A stretch of DNA of 64,000 nucleotides from Sphaerochaetaceae bacterium (lineage in GTDB: Bacteria > Spirochaetota > Spirochaetia > Sphaerochaetales > Sphaerochaetaceae): the NCBI GenBank assembly GCA_050950065.1, contig JBMNGX010000005.1, positions 30,957 to 94,956 on the forward strand, in the 5' to 3' direction. Each line of letters opens with the position of its first letter. Position 1 is the stretch's first letter. The translations under genes were made by a program, and so were the position numbers. Positions 9,770 through 18,416 of the stretch are shown here, piece after piece. The notes under the pieces were generated by a model. It saw only the letters and a program-made list of their open reading frames with translations, made no database searches and was not told the origin of the DNA.

Positions 9770-10330
9770 ATGAGAGTTGTTGCAATAGATTTTGAAACTG
9801 CTAATAAAAGCTTATTAAGTCCTTGTTCTGTTGGACTAGCTAGGATGGAAAAAGGGGAGATAGTTGATACTTTCTACACCCTATTAAAACCTTATCACCC
9901 TTACTTTGATCCAGATAATATCGCAATTCATGGAATAAAAAGTGAAGATGTTAAAGAGGCTCCCTCTTTTAGTGAAGTGTGGGATGACGTTCTCTCTTTT
10001 ATTGGAGAGGACTTTCTAATAGCTCACAATGCCCCATTTGACATTGGAATTTTAAAAGCTAATTTAAGAAACTCTTATATCCCAATCCCATCAATTGAGT
10101 ATGGGTGTACTTTACAAATAGCACGTAAGATTTGGAGCGATCTACCATCACATAAACTCACCTATTTAAGTGAAATCTTTAACTTTGAGTATAACGCTCA
10201 TAACGCCTTAGATGATGCAATTAATGCAGCTAAGGTTTTTCATAAGGCGTGCCCTTGTGTAAATTATGATGAGACAAAGCTCTTTTTCTCCCAATTTGGG
10301 GTAAATTTTTCTAATTTAAAAGAAATTTAG
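9770..10330 (+). CDS. DnaQ-like 3'-5' exonuclease (DEDDh family)
   Basis: Exo I (VVAIDFETAN), Exo II (IAHNAPFDIGIL) and Exo III (HNALDDA) motifs are present. Confidence 0.8.
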   Translation: MRVVAIDFETANKSLLSPCSVGLARMEKGEIVDTFYTLLKPYHPYFDPDNIAIHGIKSEDVKEAPSFSEVWDDVLSFIGEDFLIAHNAPFDIGILKANLRNSYIPIPSIEYGCTLQIARKIWSDLPSHKLTYLSEIFNFEYNAHNALDDAINAAKVFHKACPCVNYDETKLFFSQFGVNFSNLKEI

Positions 10331-10417
10331 GGAAAATCCTTGCGCCTATCATATGGCGATGCTAATATTTATTTGTATTCAATTCAAAGTAATTACCACA
10401 TTATTACGGAGGAAACC

Positions 10418-10960
10418 ATGGAGTTAAAAGGAACTAAGACGGAGAAGAACCTTCTAGAGGCATTTGCAGGCGAATCAATGGCTCGTAACAAGTACGACTA
10501 TTGGGCAGGAGTTGCACGCAAAGAGGGGTATGAGCAAATTGCTAACCTCTTTATGGAGACTGCTGTTAACGAAAGAATGCACGCCAAAATTTGGTTCAAG
10601 CTATTACAAGAGGGTGGAGAGCTTGCTGATACAGTGACCAACCTACAAATGGCTGCAGATGGAGAGCACTACGAGTGGACAGATATGTATGCTCGCATGG
10701 CTGATGAAGCTCGTGAAGAGGGATTTAAGAAAATTGCTTCTCTATTTGATGCAGTTGCAAAAATTGAAAAAGAGCACGAAGCTCGCTATTTAGCACTCAA
10801 AAAGAATGTGGAAGATGGGGTCGTATTTTCACGTGACGGAGAGCAAATTTGGAAGTGTGGCGTATGTGGCCATATCCATATTGGTAAAAAAGCTCCTGAG
10901 CTTTGCCCAGTATGTCTTCACAAAAAAGCTCACTTTGAGATCGCTGCAAAGAACTATTAG
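10418..10960 (+). CDS. rbr: rubrerythrin
   Basis: Start moved to the ATG at 10418, behind GGAGGA. Ferritin-like diiron domain ([18 protein letters not shown], two E-x-x-H motifs) plus a C-terminal rubredoxin-type domain (CGVCGH...CPVC). Confidence 0.9.
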   Translation: MELKGTKTEKNLLEAFAGESMARNKYDYWAGVARKEGYEQIANLFMETAVNERMHAKIWFKLLQEGGELADTVTNLQMAADGEHYEWTDMYARMADEAREEGFKKIASLFDAVAKIEKEHEARYLALKKNVEDGVVFSRDGEQIWKCGVCGHIHIGKKAPELCPVCLHKKAHFEIAAKNY

Positions 10961-10973
10961 TTTTTAGATATAA

Positions 10974-10996
10974 GAAGGGGCCTGGTGCCCCTTTTT
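10974..10996. terminator. bidirectional terminator between convergent rbr and aldo/keto reductase genes
   Basis: GAAGGGGC-CTGGT-GCCCCTTT hairpin flanked by an A-run on one side and a T-run on the other. Confidence 0.7.
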
Positions 10997-10999
10997 ATA

Positions 11000-12106
11000 T
11001 TACCCAATTGCTTTTGCTATATAATCAAGTCGTTCAATGATTGGGAGCTTTTGTGTGCAAAGCTCTTCACATTGACCACAAGCTATACACTTAGCTGCCC
11101 ATTGAGGATCAACTCCCCAATGGTTTTCCATTCTGCCAAACATTTTTTTATCATCACCTTTAGTTAAGATGTGCATGTTGTAAGACTCTAAAAGTTGAGG
11201 AATAGGGATAAGTTCTGGACAACTATCACAATAACCACAAGTTGTACAAAGGGTATTTAACTCCTCAGTGAGATTTAGAGCCATCTTCTCTAAATAATCA
11301 GAAGGGACATTATTGAGGTTTTTTGTAGCTTTAACAGCTTCTTCAACCTCTTCTACTGAACTGAACCCTGGAATTGCTAAGGTGGCCTTATTTTGACTTA
11401 AGATAAACTTTAAAGCAGAGACTACCAGTGAATCATCTCCCTCTTTTAAAAACTCAAAATAAGAGGGATTTTGTGGAATTATTCCCCCTCCAAGGGGATT
11501 CATTGTAACAATTCCTAAATTAGCTTTATGACAAGCATCGATTCCCTCTTGCCTGTAGGCAAAGTTTATAGCGTTGTAACCTAAAGTTACCCCTTCATAA
11601 ATTCCATCATTGGCAACTTTAGCTATATCTTCTCCACTAAGGTGGGTAGTAAAACAGATATGATCTATTAATCCTTGCTCTTTAGCTTGCATAGCAGCTT
11701 CAAAAATGCCATCTTTTTTTAAATACTCTTTGTAATCATCTAAAGTTAGAATTGACCACATGTTATAAAAATCTATTTTTTCAAGGTTCATCCTCTTTAG
11801 AGATTGTTCAATCATTTTCCAAGCATCACTGCTATTTTTAGCATTCCAAAGACCACATTTTGTGGAGACGTAGAATTTAGAACGATCCATAGATTTAAAA
11901 GCATGCCCATAGATTTTCTCACTGTGACCATCACAGTAATCGGGAGCAGTATCAAAATAGTTGACTCCTAATTGGTATGCGCGTTTAACAATCTCACTAC
12001 TTTTTTCATAAGATCCCCCCTCATACTCCTCTTGCTTAAAGCGCATCCCTCCCATCCCTATAATCGACACTTTTTTCCCAGTTTTCCCAAATTCTCTGTA
12101 AATCAC
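11000..12106 (-). CDS. aldo/keto reductase with C-terminal 4Fe-4S ferredoxin-type domain
   Basis: GTG start behind AGGAG. AKR N-terminus (YREFGKTGKKVSIIGMGGMRF...NYFDTAPDY). C-terminal Cys clusters (CTTCGYCDSCP, CIACGQCEELC). Confidence 0.8.
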   Translation of the reverse strand: MIYREFGKTGKKVSIIGMGGMRFKQEEYEGGSYEKSSEIVKRAYQLGVNYFDTAPDYCDGHSEKIYGHAFKSMDRSKFYVSTKCGLWNAKNSSDAWKMIEQSLKRMNLEKIDFYNMWSILTLDDYKEYLKKDGIFEAAMQAKEQGLIDHICFTTHLSGEDIAKVANDGIYEGVTLGYNAINFAYRQEGIDACHKANLGIVTMNPLGGGIIPQNPSYFEFLKEGDDSLVVSALKFILSQNKATLAIPGFSSVEEVEEAVKATKNLNNVPSDYLEKMALNLTEELNTLCTTCGYCDSCPELIPIPQLLESYNMHILTKGDDKKMFGRMENHWGVDPQWAAKCIACGQCEELCTQKLPIIERLDYIAKAIG

Positions 12107-12171
12107 TTCTTTTCTCCTAACATTGAAAAAGGGGAAAATCCCCTTTAAAAAATTATACCACCTAAAAGATC

Positions 12172-12197
12172 AAAATAAAACCGGTCGAATGACCGGC
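12172..12197 (-). terminator. rho-independent terminator after dfx
   Basis: On the minus strand: CCGGTC-ATTC-GACCGG followed by TTTTATTTT. Confidence 0.65.
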
Positions 12198-12207
12198 TTT
12201 GAATTTT

Positions 12208-12582
12208 CTAGAGCTCTAGTTTCCACAAGAAGTGGAGGTTGCAATACTCGTAGTAGGCAACAACTTTACCTAAGTTTTCAAAAGTTACTTCAGGTTTATC
12301 GCCAGGTTTTAAATGTTTACGGAAAATTCCATCTTCAGTGACAGCTGCAATCCATTGGATATAGTGCTCTTCAGTCATTGGGTGGGCAGTTGAACCAACT
12401 TTTACAACTACTTTGTCACCATCTTGTTCGGCAACAGGAACGTGCTTTTCAGTAGCTGCATCTGCTGTGCTAGCAACAAGCTCTTTCATTGGTTGGCCAC
12501 AACAAACTAGCTCTCCACCACCGTTGTGAATAAGCTCTACAATGTTTCCACAAAGTTCACATCTAAAAAATTTCACATCCAT
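12208..12582 (-). CDS. dfx: desulfoferrodoxin (2Fe superoxide reductase)
   Basis: Start moved to the internal ATG (MDVKFFRCELCGN), which has AAGGAG 9 nt upstream. N-terminal desulforedoxin Cys motif (CELCGN...CCG) plus a neelaredoxin-type domain (EKHVP...). Confidence 0.9.
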   Translation of the reverse strand: MDVKFFRCELCGNIVELIHNGGGELVCCGQPMKELVASTADAATEKHVPVAEQDGDKVVVKVGSTAHPMTEEHYIQWIAAVTEDGIFRKHLKPGDKPEVTFENLGKVVAYYEYCNLHFLWKLEL

Positions 12583-12660
12583 TTTTAATAACTCCTTATT
12601 TGACATTTGAAAGGTTACCTTTATACTCTATCTAACAATGTTTCAAAATGGAAGGGGAAT

Positions 12661-13497
12661 ATGATTAGAAGATCAATCAAAAAGATAGTTGGTGGGCAAG
12701 TGCAGTACGATGGTGCTGGAGTTAAGCTGGTAAGAGTTTTTGGTAGACCAGATGCAGAAGACTTTGACCCATTCTTATTATTAGACGCCTTCGATTCAGA
12801 AGATGATCAAGACTATATCAAAGGATTCCCATGGCACCCCCATAGAGGAATAGAGACAGTCACCTATTTAATCAAAGGTGATATCGAACACCAAGACTCC
12901 TTAGGAAACAAAGGTTCTATCTTAGATGGCTCTTGTCAGTGGATGACAGCAGGTAGTGGAATTATTCACCAAGAGATGCCTCAATCAAGTGAACATATGT
13001 TAGGAGCTCAGCTTTGGGTAAACTTACCTCAAAAAGATAAGATGACAGAGCCCGCTTATCGCGACATTGAAAATGAGATGGTACCAGAAGTAGAAGAAGA
13101 TAATGCCACAGTAAGAATTCTTAGTGGCCATTACAAAGGTACTAAAGGGGCTATTGAGGGCACTTATGTTAAAACCCTCTATTTAGATGTTGCTTTAAAA
13201 GGAAAAGAGAGTTGGGAAATTGATGTAGATCCACAGCACACAATTTTCATCTACTTAGTTAGTGGGTCAGTTCGCTTAGATGATAGTTCAACAATCGTCC
13301 CATCGCACAGAGCAGTCCTTTTTACCAAAGGGGACAAAGTGAAAATTGAACCTCAAGAGGAGGGAGTAAGGCTTTTATTTGTTGGAGGAAAACCTTTAAA
13401 TGAGAAAATATCATGGGGTGGACCAATAGTTATGAATACGAGAGAAGAGTTGGCCTTAGCTTTCAGAGAGCTTGAAGAGGGAACTTTCATTAAATAA
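12661..13497 (+). CDS. pirin-family protein
   Basis: Start taken at the ATG at 12661. Bicupin with the pirin metal motif (FPWHPHRGIETVTY...E). Confidence 0.85.
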   Translation: MIRRSIKKIVGGQVQYDGAGVKLVRVFGRPDAEDFDPFLLLDAFDSEDDQDYIKGFPWHPHRGIETVTYLIKGDIEHQDSLGNKGSILDGSCQWMTAGSGIIHQEMPQSSEHMLGAQLWVNLPQKDKMTEPAYRDIENEMVPEVEEDNATVRILSGHYKGTKGAIEGTYVKTLYLDVALKGKESWEIDVDPQHTIFIYLVSGSVRLDDSSTIVPSHRAVLFTKGDKVKIEPQEEGVRLLFVGGKPLNEKISWGGPIVMNTREELALAFRELEEGTFIK

Positions 13498-13676
13498 TAA
13501 AAATAGCTACACACTTACTCATTACTGATGTAGGTGTGTAGCTAACAGAACAATATTTCTCAAAAATATCCCACACCTAAAACTATAAATTACTAAAATC
13601 TCACAGTCAATAAAATTCTGCAACTTGACGCTATAACTCATTCATAACGACCTTAGAGGTACCAAGGAGTTATTAA

Positions 13677-14099
13677 ATGCGAATAGCAATCATATATTAT
13701 AGTGGAACAGGCAATACTGAGATGACAGGGGCCCTTGTAGCAGAAGGTGCTCGCAGCACAGGAGCTAAAGTTGATCTATTTCCTATTAGCCACTTCGACG
13801 AATCGCTTTTAAAAGAGTACGACAGATTTGCCTTTGGATGTCCTGCTTCAGCTGAAGAGGAGTTAGAAGAGATGGAGTTTTTACCATTTTACGAAAAGTT
13901 AGAACCTTTATTAAAAGATAAAGATGTTGCTTTATTTGGCTCTTACAGCTGGGGAGATGGACAATGGATGAGAAGTTGGGAACAAAGAGTTATAGAAAGT
14001 GGAATAAAACTTTTTGAGGAGGGGCTAATTGTTCAAGATGAGCCCGACGATCAAAAAGAGAGTATTTTAGAATTTGGTAAGAGGTTTGCCACTCTCTAA
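13677..14099 (+). CDS. short-chain flavodoxin
   Basis: 140 aa with the FMN-phosphate loop IIYYSGTGNTE. AAGGAG RBS. Confidence 0.85.
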   Translation: MRIAIIYYSGTGNTEMTGALVAEGARSTGAKVDLFPISHFDESLLKEYDRFAFGCPASAEEELEEMEFLPFYEKLEPLLKDKDVALFGSYSWGDGQWMRSWEQRVIESGIKLFEEGLIVQDEPDDQKESILEFGKRFATL

Positions 14100-14549
14100 T
14101 TCTAATAAGAATACTTTTAAGTCCATTCCTCCACCATAACCAACTAGTGAACCATCAGAACCAATGACCCTATGGCATGGGATTATAAAGGAGATGGGGT
14201 TACGATTATTGGCCATCCCAACAGCCCTTACTGCTTTGGGATTGCCAATTGCAATGGCAATCTCTTTATAAGAGCGAGTTTCTCCGTAAGGAATCTCTAA
14301 TAAGGCTTGCCACACTTGCTTTTGAAAATCTGTCCCTTTAGGTTTTAAAGGAAGATCAAAATCAACTCTTTTTTTATCAAAAAAATCAATTAGCTGCTTT
14401 GCAGCTTCATTGGTAATTTCACTCTCTTCTAAAATGCCAAAGTCTAAATTTCCTTTAGTTAAAGTGGGCGTCACATCACTTATAAACCCATTTTCTTGGG
14501 CAATTAAAAGTTCACCAATTTTTGTTTTGAAGATGTTATAAGTTTTCAT
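14067..14549 (-). CDS. ogt: methylated-DNA--protein-cysteine methyltransferase
   Basis: Active-site signature IPCHRV and a helix-turn-wing region (YGETRSYKEIA). Confidence 0.9.
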   Translation of the reverse strand: MKTYNIFKTKIGELLIAQENGFISDVTPTLTKGNLDFGILEESEITNEAAKQLIDFFDKKRVDFDLPLKPKGTDFQKQVWQALLEIPYGETRSYKEIAIAIGNPKAVRAVGMANNRNPISFIIPCHRVIGSDGSLVGYGGGMDLKVFLLELESGKPLTKF

Positions 14550-14561
14550 AACTAAAATGTA

Positions 14562-15446
14562 TCAAAGTGGGGTGCGGTTGTACAACTCTCTGTTGTTGAA
14601 AATAAGAACTCCACTTAAAATTATGATTGAACCAATTACTGTCCCCATATCAGGTAGATCTTTTAACACTATGATTTCTAAAATGGTAGTTAAAATAGGG
14701 GTTAAAAACATAAAGTTTGTCACGTCAGTTAGTTGATCTGCCATACTTAAAGCTCTATTCCAAAAGACAAAAGCTAAACCACTTGGAAAAATTCCCATGA
14801 AGATTGCAGCAAGTATGGCAACTGTTTCTGCTGTAGCAACTTCTTTAATAGTTTGAGGAATAAAAGGAGTTAATAAGAGAGCTGCTGCAACTAAAGCGTA
14901 GATAGTTGATTGTAAAGGGGTGTAGTTATTAGTAGCAAAGCGTTGTACCAAATTATAAGTTGCAAATAGTATAACAGCTAAAATAATCCAAAATAGGCCA
15001 TTGCCTATTGAAATATCTCTTTTCCAAAGTGATAAAACCATAATACCAATAAACTCAAGGCCAATAGCGACCCACCCAATTTTTCCAATTTTCTCTTTAA
15101 ACAAAAGAGTTGCAAAAAGGGCAACTATTACTGGGACAGTTGCAATTATCAAAGAGGAAATAGCTGCACTAAGGGTAAACATTGCATAGGCGAAAAAGAG
15201 TTGGTATAAGGCAAATCCACTTGATCCTAAAAGTAAAAATAGGGGGATATCTTTTGCTTTAGGAAGGGGAACTTTTTTCCAAAAACCCAATATTAAAGCA
15301 AAGATAGCTGCCGAAAAGAACCTAATGAATGTTAAAGAGAAAGGAGAGAGGGAGCGAACAGCAACTTTCGTAAAGACAAAGCCAGTTGTCCACAAAGTAA
15401 CAGTTGCTAAAGCTAAAATAATGGTAGTAGTTTTGTTTTTCCCCAT
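14562..15446 (-). CDS. EamA/DMT-family transporter
   Basis: 294 aa with about 10 predicted TM segments arranged as two EamA-like halves. Confidence 0.7.
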   Translation of the reverse strand: MGKNKTTTIILALATVTLWTTGFVFTKVAVRSLSPFSLTFIRFFSAAIFALILGFWKKVPLPKAKDIPLFLLLGSSGFALYQLFFAYAMFTLSAAISSLIIATVPVIVALFATLLFKEKIGKIGWVAIGLEFIGIMVLSLWKRDISIGNGLFWIILAVILFATYNLVQRFATNNYTPLQSTIYALVAAALLLTPFIPQTIKEVATAETVAILAAIFMGIFPSGLAFVFWNRALSMADQLTDVTNFMFLTPILTTILEIIVLKDLPDMGTVIGSIIILSGVLIFNNRELYNRTPL

Positions 15447-15494
15447 AGGGGGACTTTAGATTAAAATAAGATGAAGAATCAACTACTAAAGGGG

Positions 15495-15522
15495 ATAAAA
15501 AAAGGACCCGTTTGGGCCCTTT
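15495..15522 (-). terminator. rho-independent terminator after the glutaredoxin-like gene
   Basis: On the minus strand: AAAGGGCCC-AAAC-GGGTCCTTT (one G-U pair) followed by a T-run. Confidence 0.75.
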
Positions 15523-15527
15523 AGTAA

Positions 15528-15758
15528 CTATCTTTTAAGTGCACGCTCAATTGCAGCACGGTCAAAACCAACAATAATTTTCCCATTAACATCTAAGACG
15601 GGAACACCCATTTGGCCCGATTTACGAACCATCTCCTGAGCTTTTGCAGAATTTGATGCAACGTTGTGCTCGGTGAAAGGAATTTTATTTTCTTGTAAAT
15701 AAGATTTTGCCATGCGACAAAAACCACAAGTTGGTGTTGTATAAAGGGTAACTGCCAT
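15528..15758 (-). CDS. glutaredoxin-family small redox protein
   Basis: 76 aa with a CGFC active site in a thioredoxin-fold context (YTTPTCGFCRMAK ... GVPVL). Confidence 0.85.
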   Translation of the reverse strand: MAVTLYTTPTCGFCRMAKSYLQENKIPFTEHNVASNSAKAQEMVRKSGQMGVPVLDVNGKIIVGFDRAAIERALKR

Positions 15759-15897
15759 TAGTAACCTCCTCTTTAAATTTTCATAATTAACTAATTTTAG
15801 GATAGTGGTTTATTCTACTCAGGTCAACGAAAGATTTGGTGACAACGTCACGTACGTAGAGTATCCTTAAGTTATATATCTAACAGGGGGGTAAACG

Positions 15898-16338
15898 ATG
15901 AGTTTAGAGAATTACAGTGACCAAACTCTTGTAGCTATCTGCTCAAATTTAGCAAAAGCTTGTGAAAAACAGACTAGAAGTGAACAAGCCTCTTTACTTA
16001 AAGAAGTTGAGAGCTTTTTTCAAAAGCGGGTAAAAGCGGATGAAAAAAAAGATCTAACTTCTATGATTGAAGACGATTTAACAGATGGTTATGAGAAGGT
16101 TTGGGCTCTTGGTGAAAAACAAAAAGAGCGAGGAGTACTACGATGTGTTACTTGGGGTAAGAAAGTAACAGCAATTCAAAAATCAGTTTTAAGTCGCTAC
16201 GAGAAACAGGGAGCCTCTTTATTGGAGGATAACAATCTATTTGTGTGTGATGCTTGTGGCTTTATTGCAATAGGAAAAGATTTTCCTGTTGTTTGTCCAA
16301 TTTGTAAAGCACCTACATCAAGATTTGTGAAATATTAA
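15898..16338 (+). CDS. helical protein with C-terminal rubredoxin-like zinc/iron ribbon
   Basis: 146 aa. The C-terminus reads CDACGF...CPICKAP (a two-CxxC knuckle). The N-terminal ~110 aa are helical and lack the diiron E-x-x-H motifs of rubrerythrin. Confidence 0.6.
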   Translation: MSLENYSDQTLVAICSNLAKACEKQTRSEQASLLKEVESFFQKRVKADEKKDLTSMIEDDLTDGYEKVWALGEKQKERGVLRCVTWGKKVTAIQKSVLSRYEKQGASLLEDNNLFVCDACGFIAIGKDFPVVCPICKAPTSRFVKY

Positions 16339-16350
16339 AAGGGGGAAAAT

Positions 16351-16812
16351 ATGCACGCAGTAAGAAACTTAGCACTATGTACAAAAGATTGTATCTGTCT
16401 CTTTGTTTGTCCAACTGGGGCAACTAATACCGAAACTGGCCAAATAGATTTTGAAAAATGTCTTGATGGATGTCGATTATGTATCGATGCATGTCCTTCT
16501 AATGCCCTCTACCTCTCTTACGATAACTATCCAGAGACAAAAGCTAAAGATAAAAAATTAGTTGCTTCTTTAGAGAAGCTATTAGAGAGCAAAGCAACTC
16601 AAGAGGTGGTTTCTAAAAACTTAGACAATGATAAGTTGATAAAAGCATTTGTCCACTCAAACAGAGTCTTAGCAGAAGATTGTGCTAGAGAGGCAGCTTA
16701 CATGCTTCCTCAATCAAATCTCAGTAAAGAGTTCTTAAAATTGCTGCTGGACAAGTACAAAGATGATGATTTTCCTAAAGAGGCAGTTGAAAAGCTTTTG
16801 AAGCTCTTATAA
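16351..16812 (+). CDS. 4Fe-4S dicluster ferredoxin-domain protein with helical C-terminal extension
   Basis: Two cluster motifs ending in CP (CTKDCICLFVCP and CLDGCRLCIDACP). It starts 13 nt after the preceding gene and has a GGGGGA RBS. Confidence 0.7.
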   Translation: MHAVRNLALCTKDCICLFVCPTGATNTETGQIDFEKCLDGCRLCIDACPSNALYLSYDNYPETKAKDKKLVASLEKLLESKATQEVVSKNLDNDKLIKAFVHSNRVLAEDCAREAAYMLPQSNLSKEFLKLLLDKYKDDDFPKEAVEKLLKLL

Positions 16813-16821
16813 TTAATTTAT

Positions 16822-16895
16822 TACTCCGAGCGCGATTCGAACGCGCGACCCCTTCCTTAGGAGGGAAGTGCTCTATCCAGCTGAGCTATCGGAGC
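16822..16895 (-). tRNA. tRNA-Arg (anticodon CCT)
   Basis: Folded by hand: acceptor GCTCCGA/TCGGAGT, D arm GCTC-AGCTGGATA-GAGC, anticodon arm CTTCC-CTCCTAA-GGAAG, T arm GCGCG-TTCGAAT-CGCGC. 74 nt; CCA not encoded. Confidence 0.9.
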
Positions 16896-17127
16896 TTTAT
16901 TAGGTGCATAATAGAAAAAATAGCTTCTATTGGTCAATATCGGAAAAAATAGGTACACGATAGGCAAAAATAGTATTATGTTCTCCTTTAATTACATAAT
17001 TTTAGTGGGTGTAATGAAAGAGTGTTGAATAAATATACTAGATTATGTATATAATTCCGATAACCTTATGAAAAAAGAGTTAATTAGCAGTAGCTAATTA
17101 CTAGAGGGGACCATACAGGAGGTATGT

Positions 17128-18306
17128 ATGAAAAAGATTTTGACCTTAATATTGATTGTTGCATTGGCCGGATCCTTTACACTTTTCGCTGCTGGCGGTA
17201 AAGAGGCAGATCCAACTTCAGTTAAAATTGGATTTATTGGACCAATGACTGGAGATTATGCAAACTACGGAGATCTTATTAGCAAGGGAGCACTTGTTGC
17301 TATTGAAGAGAAAAACGCTACAGGTGGAATTGCTGGTAAAATTAGAATTGACTTAGTTATTGAAGATAGTGAGGGAGATCCTCAAAAAGGGCTAGCTGGA
17401 ATTGAAAAACTTGCAAGTTCTGACAAAATTAGTGCCCTTATTGGACCAGTATTCACCGGTGTTGCTTTTGCAGTAGGTGAGAGAGTTCAAGGAGAGGGGA
17501 TTATGATGGTAACTCCATCAGGAACCCACAAAGACATTACCGACATTGGTGATTACGTCTTTAGAACAGTTGCTAGTGATGGACTCCAAGGGGAAGTATC
17601 AGGTCACTACTTCTACGAAAAACTTGGGTATCGCAACCTTGCCGTTTTATACGTTAAAAACGACTATAGCCAAGGTCTTTACCAAGGAACCAAAGATAGT
17701 TTTGAAGCAGCTGGTGGAAGAATCATCATTGCTGAAACAGCTCAAGAGGGTGATAAAGACTTTAGAACTCAGTTGACAAAAATTAGAGCTGCTAATCCAG
17801 ATGCAATTTACATTCCTAACTACACAGCAGAGATGGCTCAAATTCTTGAGCAAGCAAGCCAACTTGGAATTACAACTCCATTCTTAAGTGGAGATGGATT
17901 CTCTAACCCTGAAATTTATGACCTTGCAGCCGATTACACTGATGGTGTTGTCTATGTTGGGCCAACCAAAGTTAAAGAGTCAGATGCCTATTTGAAATTT
18001 GTTGATGCTTATACCAAGAAATGGGGCTTTGCACCAGATTCATTTGCAACTAACGCTTATGATGGTGCTTATATCCTTTTCGACGCACTTGAGAAAGTTT
18101 ATGCCCAAACAGGTAAATTTGACCGCAAAGCAATCAGAGATGCATTTGCTGCTACAAAAGACTTCCAAGGTGTAACTGGTATTATTAACTTTGCCGAAAA
18201 CGGGGACTTAGTTGCTTATCAAGGCGTTTACAGAGTTCAAGGAACAACACCACAATACTTAGGAGCTTACGGAGTAGTTGATGGTACTCTTATTGAGATA
18301 GAGTAA
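17128..18306 (+). CDS. branched-chain amino acid ABC transporter substrate-binding protein (LivJ/LivK family)
   Basis: 392 aa with a signal peptide. Type-1 periplasmic binding fold pattern (VKIGFIGPMTGDYANYG). It heads the livHMGF genes. Confidence 0.85.
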   Translation: MKKILTLILIVALAGSFTLFAAGGKEADPTSVKIGFIGPMTGDYANYGDLISKGALVAIEEKNATGGIAGKIRIDLVIEDSEGDPQKGLAGIEKLASSDKISALIGPVFTGVAFAVGERVQGEGIMMVTPSGTHKDITDIGDYVFRTVASDGLQGEVSGHYFYEKLGYRNLAVLYVKNDYSQGLYQGTKDSFEAAGGRIIIAETAQEGDKDFRTQLTKIRAANPDAIYIPNYTAEMAQILEQASQLGITTPFLSGDGFSNPEIYDLAADYTDGVVYVGPTKVKESDAYLKFVDAYTKKWGFAPDSFATNAYDGAYILFDALEKVYAQTGKFDRKAIRDAFAATKDFQGVTGIINFAENGDLVAYQGVYRVQGTTPQYLGAYGVVDGTLIEIE

Positions 18307-18330
18307 CCATTTACGACCAATTTATTGCAA

Positions 18331-18396
18331 CGATGCTGTTAGTTGTGGTAGTGTAACAGCGTCGACAAGCAGACCTCCGCTAGTCGCGGAGGTCTG
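18331..18396 (+). terminator. two tandem stem-loops between the binding-protein and permease genes (partial terminator or mRNA stabiliser)
   Basis: Hairpin 1, 18331-18364: 11-bp stem CGATGCTGTTA/TAACAGCGTCG. Hairpin 2, 18370-18396: CAGACCTCCGC/GCGGAGGTCTG. No strong U-tract follows. Confidence 0.4.
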
Positions 18397-18416
18397 ACTT
18401 ATTCAAGGAGCCGATA

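Noticed and set aside
10340-10417. N-terminal extensions proposed by the ORF track (also 12583-12606, 12607-12660, 22667-22678, 30236-30268, 38383-38421, 40090-40110, 41329-41394, 44709-44741, 62935-62997, 5327-5449)
   Set aside because: In each case an internal ATG or GTG is preceded by a good Shine-Dalgarno at 5-9 nt and matches the normal family N-terminus. The extensions have no RBS and run into neighbouring genes or promoters.
13505-13543. Hairpin TAGCTACACAC...GTGTGTAGCTA after the pirin gene as a terminator
   Set aside because: The stem is good, but the loop is 18 nt and no U-tract follows. It was kept out of the feature list as an unconvincing intrinsic terminator.
14067-14099. 33-bp convergent overlap of the flavodoxin and ogt 3' ends
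   Set aside because: Both ORFs are complete with family-typical C-termini. Convergent 3' overlaps of this size occur in compact genomes, and nothing suggests a special function.
16951-16966. AGGTACACGATAGGCA with GG-N10-GC spacing, a possible second sigma-54 promoter upstream of the liv operon
   Set aside because: Only the GG/GC dinucleotides and spacing fit. The flanking consensus bases (TGGCAC, TTGC) are poorly matched, and it lies ~165 nt from the start codon. It is not distinguishable from chance.
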